From Leucoraja ocellata (lineage: Eukaryota): DNA of 64,000 nt. Where the stretch lies: the NCBI GenBank assembly GCA_036785375.1, contig JAWMAR010000040.1:9982001-10046000 (forward strand), in the 5' to 3' direction. The position numbers and the translations under genes are program-made. The notes beneath the pieces are model-generated. The model was given only the letters and a program-made list of their open reading frames with translations. It did not search any database and was not told the DNA's origin. Of this stretch, positions 25,926-38,989 are shown piece by piece; position 1 is the stretch's first letter, and every line of letters begins with the position of its first letter.

Positions 25926-27377
25926 GTGAGTACAGTTACAATAACTTTCATCTACTTGGTTCCATTTGGAGTTTTCTTCTTTGTTAGCCTCTCTATCCCA
26001 TCTAAATATGCATTTGCCACAAGTGCTTTTGTAGCTAATGAGCAGAACATTTAAGTACAATTCAGATGTTCCAGTTTCAGTTATTACAGAAAATCAATAG
26101 ATAGATGCAAGGTAGTTTGAGTTCAAACATACAAATCACAATATTATAAAATATTTTTTCTAATGATTTGAAATCATTGCAATGATTCTTATTGCAAACC
26201 AACTGTCATCTACTTTGTTCCAATATTGATGCTGGGAATCAATTACCCATCGTCTTGTCCACTGTGACCCGGCAACAACCCACCAAAGTCATTTGACTTG
26301 TTGCCATTCAGTTGGTGGTTAAGTTGCAATTATACTTGGGAACAATTGCAACTCTTGGGAATTCTCAGTATTTGGAAGGAGAAAACTGATTCGATTACAT
26401 TGCCCTAAAAACAAGCATGGTGCCCTCTTGGTTGAAAATAACCAGGTATTTCATTAGTACAAGATTGCATGGTGCAGACCCATATGTTCTTTCCCATAGT
26501 ATGAAGTGTAGATTTTTTATATTTAATCAGAGACATGGTGTAATTTATTGGGACAGAACTACCCAGGTAAAGATAAGCTTGTACTCAGTCATTTCTGGCA
26601 TCACCAACCCGGTGTGATCATCCTGTGCTATGCAACCTCCCAGCTCCAGGGCTTGCAGGTACTCAGGGGATGGAATGTCCAGTTCTGCCATAACTGAGTT
26701 ATGTACCAAGAACATACCTGGCAAGCCCCACCCTCCAAATCCTCCCAGATCCCTGGTGGTCTTTGCTACATTCCCTTACTTCACTCACAGTCATTTGGGC
26801 TACGTCCGACCATCTTCTTATCCCAGTTGCAATCCGATGGAAGTCCGGATGTCCCTGGATCCAAATGTTCCAGGTTTATGAAAATTGTGCTATCGTGCCC
26901 ATCTTTGATTTATCCTCTTGATTCCTCTAGCCGCATATCCTTAACTTTACGAGTACAGATAGCAAATGTGCACCTTTGCTGTCTTAAATATGTAGAAATG
27001 AAACCCCTTCTAATTCAATCTTACCTATTATTTTCCCTTCATCCCTCATACAACATCACTCTTGTGTAAACAGAAGTCTCCAAATTAGAAGTCACATTGG
27101 AATGGGGCAAATCAATGCTGCAGAACCCAGTACACCAGTGTGAACATGTTAGGTCAGTGATGGGTGTCAGGTAGCTACAAATTCCCAGTTCATCATGTTT
27201 TTACTAGATTTATTTAGCTAACATGATTACATTCTGAGCATTCGTTCAAGTAAATTTTTTTACGTAGTTGTGTGCGGACTCAAACTAATCCTATGGTTTA
27301 TATTTTTAATGTGATAAATAGACCAGTCGTTTTTTGCCACTTTCCTAAATAATGACATTTGAATTTTGTTCTGTTAG

Positions 27378-27658
27378 GAATGCACAGAATTAGGAAAGTC
27401 CTGGAAGAGCAAGATTCAGTAATCCAATCTCTTGATAAAGAGCCAAATTCTGATTCTGAGAGTAGGTCCAAAATTGCCGAAGAAGTCATAGAAATTGGTG
27501 TCCAGCCATCTCTACCGGATCCTGCTCTTGATGGTCTGATTGGACTTCTCCGTGAACAGATTCGAACAACTGACTGGTTACAGAGAAACACAGCTGAACA
27601 GTTTGCTCAAGAGAATCCTGAAGTCCATGAAGTTTTCTGCAAGCTCACAGAGAAATAA
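27378..27658 (+). CDS. ACCS: ACCS terminal exon (G)MHRIRKVLEEQ...EVFCKLTEK*
   Basis: ttag| acceptor, frame continues to TAA at 27656-27658. AATAAA at 28070-28075 and further candidates downstream. Confidence 0.9.
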
Positions 27659-28629
27659 TCAGTCCTGTAATTGACAAAAATGTGTAAACTGAATGAATTA
27701 GTCATTCATTACAGGGACTCATGGGCTGGAAACATGACACTGAAATGGTACTGTAGAACACTGCTTGGACTTTTAACTTGTTATTTTACTTGTTTATAGC
27801 TTTACCTGTACGCAGAGCCCCCTGCCCATTCTAAGGACATTTAGCGACGATGCATTGAGAAATGTCACCTTCACAGGATTGTCAAGCATTGTCAGCACTT
27901 GAGGTTTCATTAAATGACTAAATCGGGGCAGCAGTGAACAGCGCTAGAACAAGGACACCATTATATTCCTATCCTTCTATCACAACATTAAAAAAATAAT
28001 GTTAAATACACTGCATTACCCTCCTAATAATGAGGAATTATGATTTCTTTATATTTCAAGCTGGTTGCTAATAAACTAAATCAACTTTTATTGTGAATGA
28101 AACAATTTATAGGTCACATTTTGGGTTTTTTAAATGTTGTTTAAAATATTGTTAACTGCTTTCCATGCAGTATTCTTCATGACAACTAGGAATCACTGTT
28201 GATTTATTTTTCATTACTTGTGATATATTTGTGTACTTTAAGGGTGGAGGAAGGACAATACGGTTTTATTCGTCACATTGCACATTTCACTTGCTCATGA
28301 ATGCAAGACAGATGTTTTTAAATCTCAGCAAATGTAAAATAAAACTTTCGGATGTCCAATCCATTTAGACTAATATGTGTTTACGACAATAACATAGTGA
28401 AGCTGAAAAGAGCAGATAATAGTGTAAATATAAAAATAATCTGCAACAAGCTAAGAAGCACTTGAAAAATAAAGAACAGATGAGTGAGACTATGCTACCA
28501 AAAACTATGGTTGCGACTGAGGGTTACACCTGAATCAATTCTGTCTTTGTTGCATTTCTGCTATCTTCTGATTTTGTTTAAATTTCTGGTACTTTTAACT
28601 GCACAAGAGAACCCACACCGATTGTTCAA

Positions 28630-29575
28630 GGAACTATCAAAGCTGCAACTTTGTCCAGAGCTTTGATTAACTCATTTATATTTTGCAAATGTACTCGACA
28701 AATTAAATTCCTGATATAGGATATAATTGATAAAGGACTTGGAAGGTCAAAGCTCTCATCAGTGAACAAGTAATAAGATAAACAATGAAATCTGACATAT
28801 AATACTAATGTGGAAATGATTATACACAATCTATGAGTTCCAGAGAATGCTGTTCTTGTGAGTGAAATAAAAGGCTGGCTCCAGTGAATTTGTTTTAATT
28901 TTACATGTGCTTTCCATTTGCTTTGAATGAGAAGAAATTATCGATGGAAAAGGATGACCTTACTAAGTGGGAATAAACAGCACACATGGGCATTGGGAGC
29001 ATTTTTAACTCTTTCACCTAAACCACAGTAAAAGAAAGAGGATGCTGTAAAAGGAATCCCACATTATTCAAATATTTGGATTATGTTTCAGCAAATCGGC
29101 AGTATGATTGAAAAATCTTTTTGGTAGTTGAAATTCATTATGTTGTTATGTTCATTTTGAATGTTAAGATTGTGTGTAACTTCTTCAGAAGATATTCTTA
29201 CCACAATAAAAAAATATGTTGCTTTTACATTGAAATTGTTAATTGCAAAGAATACCATATAGTACTGTCGCTTAAGATCATGTACGTCCTATTTATTAAT
29301 TTTACATACCTTTTAATTGCCTTTAGTGCCAAATTAATTTAAATATATAGGAATGTTTGTACATTCTAGTTGTCTTTTCTCATGGCAACTCACTTTGAGG
29401 AGGAATTTGGTTTTCCCATTGGAATGTAACTTGTTGCTCTTCAGAGGGAACTATCAAGGCGAAAAACTTTGTCCAGAGCTTTGATTAACTCATTTATATT
29501 TCACAAATTTACTCGCCAAATTAAATTCCTGATAAATGAGATAAAGGACTTGGAAGGTCAAAGCTCTCATCAGTG
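28630..29575 (+). repeat. Two dispersed direct copies of a ~130-bp sequence (28630-28764 and 29447-29575)
   Basis: Shared blocks GGAACTATCAA...TTTGTCCAGAGCTTTGATTAACTCATTTATA...AAATTAAATTCCTGATA...GATAAAGGACTTGGAAGGTCAAAGCTCTCATCAGTG. Confidence 0.9.
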
Positions 29576-31919
29576 GGGAGTTTTTAACTTGGAGTTCAAT
29601 ACTCTTACATTGGGAAGGATTTCTATATTTTGACTGCCATTGTTCATGATTTTTGAGATCTTAAAGTAAAATTGTTCTGTTGAAGATCTGAAGGCTAGAT
29701 TGTATCCCAGTTAAAGAACCTTCCTAAACTGTTATAACTATTGGAAAAAAGTAAATGTCATCATTAATAATCACTGTTTTTTCCCTCTACAGTTTGGTAA
29801 AAGATTTATGTAAACGAAAAGTTAGGCATTTTGTCATTGGCTTATCAAAAACCTTCACAAGCATCAGTTTTTTAGGGGAAGAGAGCTTGTTAATTGCAGT
29901 CTCTGCATAAATATTACAGACTTGCTGGGAAATAGAAATAGGACTAATGGAATAAATGAGCCAAATAACTGGCATTTATATGATGGGCCAAATCACCTCT
30001 TTGCCGCATCATTTCCATGATCAATTTTTATTTCAGATTTTGGCTGTTAACACAAATTGTTTTTATTGGTTTAATTGGTCTCCAATGTAGGATTTATCAA
30101 GGTTTAGTGACAAAATGTGACTGAAAAGTTTAATTCAAGAACTTCTAAATTCATCCTGGTATCTTAGTAAATTGTGCGCTAACTCTAAATTGCAGTAGTG
30201 TGCAAAAGAGCGCCAGTGTTTTGATGGAATACTTTTTACAGTATTTGGACTGGGTCCAGTTGTATTGTTATTTGGCAGTGTGCCTTGTGAAGGTGGTTTT
30301 GTGGAGATAATTATATACAGTGTGTGGTGGAAATCATTTTCATGGAAACTGTTTTAGGGAATATTTTGTGTCTTAATGTCACTAAAATGAAACGTGCATC
30401 TTATCTATCTGATTTTGTGCATAAGATTGTGTTCCCGCTTTCCAGAAAGAATGGGGAACTGTGGGTGATTTCAAGGGAAGTCAATTAAAAGGAGAATTAA
30501 CATAATTTCAAACAAAAGTATTATATAATTCCTTATTGAAAAACATTTATCATTTTTCACTTTAAGCTGATATGGATAGTATTTCCCTGCCTAGTTCACC
30601 CCTAAGTTTTAACAATTGATTACATTGTTGGAAAAGTAAAATTGCACCAATGCTGGAAATTTCTAATAAAATTTGAGAAAAATGCTGAAAATAGCAAGTC
30701 AAGTAGCATCCACGAAGAGAGAATTGTGAGGTAATTGATCTGAACTTTTAACTCTATTTCTCTCTCCACAGAGTCTGCTAACCTGAGTATTCGCAGGTAT
30801 TTCTGGTTTAGTTTAAACCACTAAAACCTTCATTGCTTTCATCACTGAAAGTAACGTGGAATTCTGTTACATGAGTACTTTCTGCCTTTAATTTTGCTTT
30901 CTTTCACTAATGTTCTGTTGAGTACTGTAAATGGCTGTGAAACACAAATGTAATTTGTCATGTTATGTTAACATTGTCCCAAGGACAGGATCACTATTTG
31001 GACTATTTGCCTAAAACTAATGTATGTAGCTGTGGAGTAAGATATAATTGTCTGTGTTACGATACCCACATGGGACAGGGAAAGAAAATGAATTTCATAT
31101 AAAATGTTTTGGATCCAGTAATGATTCAATGTGATAGCGATTTAACGTTAACACAATTTCAAACATGCCACTTGTTAATACGTTAATTATTGTAAAATAT
31201 TTTTTATTTAGAGCTCTGTATTCATTTGCCCAGTAAAATTATGTTATTGACACTTACACTTTGACTCTGCATTTTATGTAACTGCTTTCATGTCTTCCTT
31301 TTACAACACTCCCTTGGGGTGGAGAGTGATTTGCTTCTGTGCTTCCTAAGTTAACTTAAGTGTGATAAGTTGGAACCACAAGGTTCATGGTTGTATGATT
31401 TATGTACGTACCATTCCATGTTTATGTATGGGCTCTACATACTCTTATCACAACATATATACTGTTGTTTACCACCTTTATGGATGTTCATTGAAAAGGA
31501 AAAAAAGGTGCAGATACTATAAATTTGAAATAATAGCAAAAAATACTGGAAATACACAGATCAGTTAGTGTCAGTAACAAAGTAACTGAGTTAATGTTTC
31601 AGGGGAATGATTTTTCATCAGGATTGGGTAAATTAAAAATCAAACTTGTTAAGTTGTAGACAAAGGGTTGGGGGTGGAGACGTTGGAAATAGACACATTA
31701 GGTGGCGATGCTGACTGAGAAAAATAAATGTGTGTACTTCATTCCAGATAATATATCTGGTGGAGATGCCTTTTGGGGATTTTGGGGGGAAAAGGAGAGA
31801 GGGAACCTGAAATAAACAATGTTCAAATTAGTACGTTGTCTGCATAGAGGGGAAAATGTACAATTTCAAAAAAAGTGGAAAAAATTGAAAATGTGCTGTT
31901 TTCAAATAGCTCGTTCTAC

Positions 31920-33950
31920 AAGTTTGCAGATGTGGTGGGCAGGATCATGAACAAAGATGAGATGAAGTACAGGAAGGAGATAGAGAGCTTAGGCTTCCTC
32001 TTGCGTATGGCGTGCACAGCCTAAAGTTGTAGGACAACTTGTTCTATTTGATCTTATTTGGTTGATTGCATTCGTCGAAACAGGGTGAACCACGTGAAGG
32101 TTGCAATCTTCCACCCCAGAGAGCTTAGTAATGTGGTGTCAGAAAAACAGCCACTTCCTCAATTTCAGCAAAGCAAAGGAGCTAGTTATCGATTTCAGGA
32201 AACATGAGCGGAAATCCTGGGGGGGGGGGAACATGCCCCTCCCATATCTTGAGAGGTGGGGGACAATCCCTCCCATGTTTTGTCATCCGGATTTTGAAAT
32301 TCGGTGGAAAAAAACTAGTAAAATCTCCGCTTTCTGCGAGACAGTGGGGGTGTCACTGTTAAGCGCTTGTTAAATGTCTCCATTAACATCGTATTAACAC
32401 GATGTGTTGCCAATTGTGTTTTGACCAAGTATTGCTGAACGTATTCAAGGAGAATTTCTTAAAACTCTGATGCGTGTACAATTACCATTTGAGCTAATTG
32501 GATGTATTGGTGGATGGGAAAGATTTAAACGAGTATCGGATTTAAACGGGTCAGGTCATTAAGTGCTCCGGTTGAACGTGTTTCCTGGCGGGCTTGCAGG
32601 TAAATCCCTCATTCACGGTCACTCACGTTATTTAGTATGTTTTCCCCATCTCTCTCTCCCCCCTCCAAGGTTGATTCTTCTGTTTGGCTTTATTTGCTTC
32701 AGTTTTATTTGTTTAAGTGTTATCACATTGTGATCCATTGTATCTTTTGAAAGATTCAAGCGGGTATCAGACGCTTTCTAATTGCTGAATCGGCCCATTC
32801 CCAGGGCCTTTCATTGCCCGGCGCTGCTTAAACTCAATCTGCTGCGTCGAGGTGATCGAGGCTCCCAATGCTGGACGATTTTAAGCTGCTCTGGGCGATG
32901 AAAGGCCCCGCAAATGGGCCGATTCAAGCCCCACGATTCGGGCAGATGAAGCTGCTGTTGCTAGAGTTCGGAGTCGGTCACCAACCAAGTCAGCTCCCAA
33001 TGTTAGCGTCCACAGGCCCCACAGCCAAAGCCTCCGGAGCCTCGTGTGTGTGTGTGCGCGCGTGGCCACCAAGAAATTGTGTACCCCCCCCATGTTTTGA
33101 CAGTGATTTCCGCCCCTGCACTAGCATCCACTGAAGTACATGCCCCAATCAGCATCAATGGTGCCAAAGTGGAAATGGTTGAGAGCTTCAAGTTCCTAGG
33201 TGAAAACATGACCAAATATCTGTTGTGGACCAACCAGTCCTGAACTACTATCTACCTCTTTGGTGATCCTCAGACTATCCTTCCTCGGACTTTGCTGGCT
33301 TTACCTTGCACTAAATGTTATCCCCTTATCATGCATCTATACACTGTAAATGGCTCAATTGTAATAATGTATTGTCTTTCTGCTGACTGCTTTGCATGCA
33401 ACAAAAGCTTTTCACTGTACCTCGGTACACGTGACAATACCACTCTGAAGCTAAAAAAGGACATCAATGTCTGTATTCCTCAGGACACTGAGGAAATTCA
33501 GCAAATCTTCAACAATTCTTTTGAACCTGCAGGTACTTCTACAATCACAGTTTGGTTTGGGAACAGCTCTGCCCAAGACCATAAAAAATTACAGAGAATT
33601 GTAAATGTAGCCCAGTCTATCACACAGACCGATCCCTACAATTGACTCCATCAACACACCACGCTGCTTTGGGAAAGCAGTCAACGTAATGATTTACCTT
33701 TCCCACCCCAGTCATTCTTCTTCCCACTCCCATCGGACAGAAGATACAGAAGCGTGAAAGCATGTATCACCAGATTCTGGTGGCATACACTTTCTACTCC
33801 TCTCTTATTGGACTTTGGATCGTCCTTCCATGAGCTCTGGTACAATACTGATTCACCAAACTACATCATTGTGGAAATGGGACTTTTTCTCTGGAACTCC
33901 TATGCTACAATGCTGAGAACGATATTCTGCCCTCTTGTATCTTTGTCTCT
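31920..33950 (+). mobile_element. Rex1-type LINE RT/3' fragment interrupted by younger insertions
   Basis: KFAD, LVMWCQKN..LNFSKAKELVIDFRK and HAPISINGAKVEMVESFKFLG, ITVWFGNSSAQDHKKLQRIV peptides. Confidence 0.75.
32203..33118. mobile_element. Non-autonomous hAT-like DNA transposon inserted in the Rex1 fragment
   Basis: Imperfect TIRs CATGAGCGGAAATC / GATTTCCGCCCCTG. It splits the Rex1 RT peptide between IDFRK and HAPISING. TSD not clear. Confidence 0.65.
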
Positions 33951-34066
33951 TCTCTAACTTTTGTACGTATTCAGTTATAGTAATATCTGATTTGATTGGA
34001 TAACATGCAAACAAAAGCTTTCACTGGTACTTGCACCTTGGTACAAGTAACAATGATAAACCTAAA

Positions 34067-35052
34067 GGTAGACAAAAATGCTGGAGAAACTCAAAGGGGG
34101 TAGCAGCATCTATGGAGCGAAGGAAATGGGCAACGTTTCAGCCAAAACCCTTCTTCAGACTGATGTAGGGTGGGGTGGGGGGGGGGGGGGGGGGGGGGCA
34201 GGAAGAAGAAAGGAAGAGGAGGAGCCAGAGAGCTGAGGGAGAGCTGAGAAGGGGAGGAGATATTGAGGGCTACCTGAAATTGGAGAAGTCAATGTTCATG
34301 CCGCTGGGGTATAAACTGTCCAAGCGAAATATGACGTGCTGCTCCTCCAAATTCTGGTGGTCCTCACTCTGGCCACGGAGGAGGCCCAGGACAGAAAGGT
34401 TGGATTCAGAATGGGAGGGGGAGTTGAAGCGCTGAGTCACCGGGAGATCAGGTTGGTTATTGCGGACCGAGCGGGGGTGATCGGCGAAGTGATCGCCAAG
34501 CCTACGCTTGGTCTCACCGATGTAGATCAGCTGACATCTAGAGCAGCGGATGCAATAGATGAGGTTGGAGGAGGTGCAGGTGAGCCTCCGTCGCACCTGT
34601 AACGACTGCTTGGGTCCTTGAATGGAGTCGAGGGGGGAGGTAAAGCGACAAGTGTAGCATTTCTTGCGGTTGCAAGGGAAAGTGCCCGGGGGGGGTGTGG
34701 TACGGGTGGGAAGGGACGAATTGACCAGGGAGTTACGGAGGGAGCGGTCTTTGTGGAAAGCAGACAGGGGAGGAGATGGGAAGATGTGGCGAGTGGTGGG
34801 GTCACGTTGGAGTTGGCGAAAATGACGGAGGATTATTTGTTGTATGTGACGGCTAGTAGGGTGGAAGGTGAGGACTAGGGGGACTCTGCCCTTGTTACGA
34901 GTGGGGGGATGGGGAGAGAGAGCAGTGTTACGGGGTATGCTAGGGACCCTGGTGAGAGCCTCATCTATAGAATCCCCCAGTCTTCACTGCTGAGTTTCTC
35001 CAGCACTTTTGTCTACCTTCGATTTTCCAGCATCTGCAGTTCATTCTTAAAC
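34067..35052 (-). mobile_element. Penelope-like element (GIY-YIG endonuclease) with inverted pLTR ends
   Basis: NLIYCIRCSRCQLIYIGETKRRL...GMNIDFSNF. Inverted terminal copies GGTAGACAAAAATGCTGGAGAAACTC. 14-bp TSD ATGATAAACCTAAA at 34053 and 35053. Confidence 0.92.
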
Positions 35053-36765
35053 ATGATAAACCTAAACATGCTTTTTCACTGTTGCTGAGCATTTCTTAGA
35101 TTTATTCTCTCTCTCCTGATCAAGTGTGAAACCATTGTTCTATGTAAAGCATTCTTTTAACTTTGGTTCTATGTTTCTATACAAATTTCTCTGAACTGAA
35201 CACCATTTCCCCAATTACTTAAACCACTGAAATACCTTTGGAATCATATTGAGTGTTTCCTTCTCGGTTGCTCTACTTCCTATTTCAATTGTCTGTAAAT
35301 GCTCTGTGGTTTAAATTTGCTCACAGTGCTACATCCTGCAGTATTACATTGCATAGGACCTGCACCAATAATCAGTCCATATAGCAAATTACTCCATACG
35401 AAGCAGGAATAGTTCAAATTTAACCCATCTAAACAAAACAGACAGGAAAATACATAGTGCTTCAGTTTACCATAATATTTCAGCATAAGAGGAGAAAAAT
35501 TGATAAAGTTTTTGTACTTGTTATTTAGTAACTACTATCACTGAGAGAGAGTGTGTGTGTGTGTGTACGTATGCAAGAGCTGGAGTTAGGACAAGGTAAG
35601 TGATTACCTCACCTTTGATAACCACATTGGTAGAATAATCTGCTGAGAACCTGCTGTTACAAGATTCAATTGTTAATAATGCACAATATTGTCTAAAAAC
35701 CTTGAGGAACAGAGGGGAGAGATGATATGGGGTTGGTGGGAAGAACACAAATCACGTTTGCACCCCACTAGAGGAAAACATGAATTTCAGCAAGAATGTA
35801 TTTACACATTCTGTGCTAGTGCAGTTAAGCAAATTACAGTTGGTTTCTGGTATTTTTGCTCCTATGCACAGGAAGACCTTGTGGCTTTTTAGTATTTCGT
35901 TTCCTCTTGTTTTTCTCTGTTCATGCACCATTAGTCGCCTTATTTCAACCTGCACGGCATCTTGTTTGTAACAAAGATTGTTACATTGTGGTTTTAAAAT
36001 AGAAGCCTGTGAGAAATAGTTGCATGAGATTGTGAACCACTGCACATTGTAACATACATCATTTCCATTATTACAAATGCGTTAGAAAAGTCCATGGCAA
36101 AACAGTAGTATTATATTGGGAGTAAATATTGAGAAATTATTATTTTCAAAGAAAAATTCAGGATTCAAAAGTTTTCTAATTAAATTGACAATTATAAATT
36201 GGTAATTCAAGATGTGAGTGAGAGAGTACGTCCATCCGTCCCAGAATACGAATTCCCAGTTTAATTAAATCCAGAATACGAGTAAAAAAACAAAGAAAAG
36301 AAAATACAACAGAAACTTACATTAGAAAAAAATACAAAAATTGGGTAAAATAAATAAAATCTTTAATCAAAGGTAATACTTGTTTGAGGTTACTTAGCAA
36401 GTAGGATGATGGTGTAAAACATTGGGAGGGATGAAAGTGGTTGAAGGGAAGGTGATGATTTTGCATCTTAACTGTTAAAGTTCAAATAATATTGGTAATT
36501 GCTGTCTTTCCAACTACATTTCCACATAATAACATCTTCACTTACAATGGCCTTTTTTGTTCATAATATAGTTCAGTAAGTTTCAAGGTCGTTGCAATGA
36601 AAAATATTTTTAATATAATGTCACTTTTCTGAATTCTAAAGGAGAGTCTTTCAGAGTTAGTGTCCTTTATTTCCTAAAATAGTTCTGAATATAATCACTG
36701 CCTCTTTTGGCTGCGGGATCCCAAAAGTTGTGAAAACTTCATTTAGGTTTTCCTGATCCAAATAT

Positions 36766-36983
36766 TTATATGTTCTCTTGAAATTCTGAGCTCCTCTTCA
36801 GATTAGTCTCTGGTTCTGAAAGTGCGCACTCTTTCGTGAAGTGTATAATTGGCAAGATAACTAACAAAGTGAGACAAGAACAGATTCCCGCCCAATATGC
36901 AGAGCCAAGTTTTGTGATATCACTCCTGATTTGTTCCTTGTAACGACTGGTGTATGAACACCATGAGATAAAATACAATAGAG
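36766..36983 (-). CDS. Tetraspan gene exon 3: (A)LLYFISWCSYTSRY...LGSAYWAGICSCLTLLVILPIIHF...QENI*
   Basis: ttttcag| acceptor, phase 1, stop at 36766. Encodes the end of TM3, ECL2 and TM4 with a claudin-like G-S-A-Y-W start. Confidence 0.85.
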
Positions 36984-37709
36984 CTGAAAATAAAAGAAAG
37001 AAAATGTTATTGTGATCAGTCAAGCAATTATGATGTTATATGTTGATAGTGAATTTTGACAACTGAAAAATAGCTCATGAAACAAAGTTACAGCATAACA
37101 GTTTTATCCGATCTATCTTGATGTGATATTTTCCAGGGGCCTTTTAACTTCCACTTAGATAAATCAGTTGATCCACTCACATTTCCTTCAAAGAAATGAA
37201 GAGGGTAAGAAGGCTCGTCGGTACACAAAACTACAAAGCAAAATACATCTTACTCAGTAAGTTGCATTATGTCAAATGTAATTGTGCAATTAGCCATCCA
37301 TTGCACTAAATCACATACATTTTATTGACTTCTCCACTGGTCAATACAAAAAGCTGAGTTTGATAACATTTTGTGCTTTATAAACATATCAAAATGAATC
37401 TATTCTATTTCAGTGTGTTTCAGATTGTTCCATCAGCAATGTAACAGGTTTGATCAAAATATAGCTGTGCTGAGAGATCCGAGGTAGAATTGTTTCACTG
37501 TCTTGACCGGAGAAAAGATGGTAAGATTCACTTAATCGACACGTGCTAAACAGCTATAAATCAAGTATGGACTACGTCAGGTACACCGTATATTAATCCC
37601 ATATATGTACTAATTATACATCCTGTCAAGTAGAGAATTTCAGTTATTTTCTGCATGTTTGTATATTATTTCAAAATATTTTTCTGAAGGTTAGTAGATC
37701 ACTGGGCAA

Positions 37710-38585
37710 TAGTACAGAAACAGGCCCTTCAGCCAACTTGTCAAGCTGCCGATTTAAACTCATTTGCCCATTTGCCTCTGTTTGACCCGTATCCCTCTAA
37801 ATTTTTCCTATCCAAGTACCTGTACAAATATCCTTTAAATATAATTATGCCCGTCTCAATCATTTACTCTGGCAGCTCGTTCCATATACGGACCACCCTC
37901 TGTGTGCAGATGTTGCCCCTCAGGTCTCTTTTAACACTTTCCCCTCATACCTCAAACCTGTGCCGTCTCATTTTTGATTCCCCTATCCAGGGGGAAAATC
38001 TGTTAAAAAAAAAACAAAACACCTTATTTATGCCCCTCTATTATTTTATACACCACCATAAGGTCACCCCCTCAGTCCCCTACCATCCAAGGATGAACTC
38101 TAGGCCTGCCCAACCTCTCCGTTTAGGTCAGTCTGGTGAATTATGACACTTTCATAAATCTTCTTTGCACTCATTCCAGCTAAATGAGGTCTTTGCTATA
38201 GCACGGTAAATAAACCTGGACACAATACTCCACAAACAGCCTCACCAAGACCTCACAATAGAACATCACATCTCATTTACACAACACCTTCACTAATGAC
38301 GACCAGCATGCCAAAAGCCTTCTTTGTCACCCTTGAACATTCTCATCCAAATGACGAACAACAATGAGCCCGCCATCAATCCCTGAAGCACACCACTAGT
38401 CACAAGCCCCCAGTCTGTAAAACAACCTTGCACTATCATCCTCTGCTTATACCATCAAGCTAATTATGGAACCAATTAGCTAACTCACCCTGGATCTTAT
38501 GCAATTTAACCTTCCAGACCAGCCTACTTTGTGTAACCTAGTCAAATGCCTTCCTGCAGTTCATGTAGACAACATCCACCACCTT
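37710..38585 (-). mobile_element. Old CR1 fragment in a tetraspan-gene intron
   Basis: Degenerate RT-to-3' UTR sequence (gaccaccctctgtgtg, aatgccttc..gttcatgtagacaacatccac). Confidence 0.65.
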
Positions 38586-38812
38586 AGACTCTTGCTAACC
38601 TCTTGCTGAAGCAATGGCATTTCAAACATTTCCACCACTTTCCCACCACTTGTCACATCTTCCCATCCCCATTTCTTTCCGCTCTCCATAGAGACCACTC
38701 CCTCTGCAACTCCTTTGTTCACTCATTCCTTCCCACCCAACATGCCCCCTCCGCAGGTACATTCCCTAGTCACTGCTTTATTAAGATAATTAATCGATTG
38801 TGATTCTCTTAC

Positions 38813-38989
38813 CAGTTGGCATCAGTACTGTAAGTAACAATTTTTCTGGATGGCGAATTCGTCCAGGATTCATCTTGGATTCACTGTAAGTGTATGGATC
38901 CCAGCAAAAGCTAAACAGCAAACAGAGACAGATGGCGATGACGGCCATCATACTCGCAATCACACCAAGCACACGTTCTGTTTCCACAG
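38813..38989 (-). CDS. Tetraspan gene exon 2: (A)VETERVLGVIASMMAVIAICLCLLFSFCWDPYTY...LLLTVLMPT
   Basis: ttttcag| acceptor and |gtaaga donor, 177 nt, phase 1/1. Encodes TM2 and the start of TM3. Confidence 0.85.

Noticed and set aside
34171-34198. Long G runs (also ~3885, 32219, 52279, 61582) as G-quadruplex elements
   Set aside because: Mostly homopolymers within or next to repeats, with lengths unreliable in assemblies and no evidence of function.
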